A program made the position numbers and the translations under genes. The notes beneath the pieces are model-generated. The model did not search any database, had not been told where the DNA came from, and saw only the letters and a list, made by a program, of their open reading frames with translations. A stretch of DNA of 64,000 bases, from assembly GCF_032444005.1 (NCBI RefSeq), contig NC_091286.1, forward strand, positions 578,708,001-578,772,000, in the 5' to 3' direction. Below, piece after piece: positions 63,864-64,000 of this stretch; within the stretch, counting starts at the first letter, position 1; each line of letters begins with the position of its first letter. Origin of the DNA: Ranitomeya imitator. Lineage: Eukaryota.

Positions 63864-64000
63864 GTTGCTCCTAGATCCTGCTGACTTGCTGTGTGTTTTC
63901 CTTCTTGTGTAATCTACTCAGCCAAGCTCTCTTGCAATAATGTCCTACAGGCAAAATTACGGCGCGCGGTTTGGTGATGCTTTCGAAGCAGCTGGTCCCG

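Larger units (their letters stand above)
59886..64000 (-). mobile_element. Young, near-full-length CR1 LINE (5' end outside the window)
   Basis: ORF1, ORF2, short 3'UTR, and a TAACTATGTTACTATGTAAC tandem tail near 59886-59905. Confidence 0.96.

Overview
Vertebrate genomic DNA, by inference an anuran amphibian (repeat families and the PID1 sequence are frog-like). One host gene is supported: pid1 on the minus strand, with coding exon 2 at 48652-48798 and the terminal coding exon at 7705-8181, separated by a ~40.5 kb intron. The canonical first exon is not in the window; a candidate alternative first coding exon lies at 54325-54520. The rest is mostly layered transposon sequence: a near-intact two-gene PIF/Harbinger (spliced Myb/MADF gene plus intron-containing DDE transposase), a decayed second Harbinger, at least six Tc1 relics (most split by younger elements), Kolobok/T2, hAT and Tourist-like MITEs, two non-autonomous Helitrons, two solo LTRs with 6-bp target duplications, Penelope-like fragments, L1/L2/CR1 fragments, and a young near-full-length CR1 with intact ORF2. 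Most notable observations: a minimal hammerhead ribozyme with a compensatory A3:U8 core pair in a Penelope-like repeat; a Penelope-like insertion flanked by a 150-bp duplication that copies an exon; and a ~1.5 kb local inversion reconstructable from a split Tc1/Helitron junction. No rRNA, tRNA or CRISPR array was found. All family assignments come from motif recognition by eye; no database searches were run.
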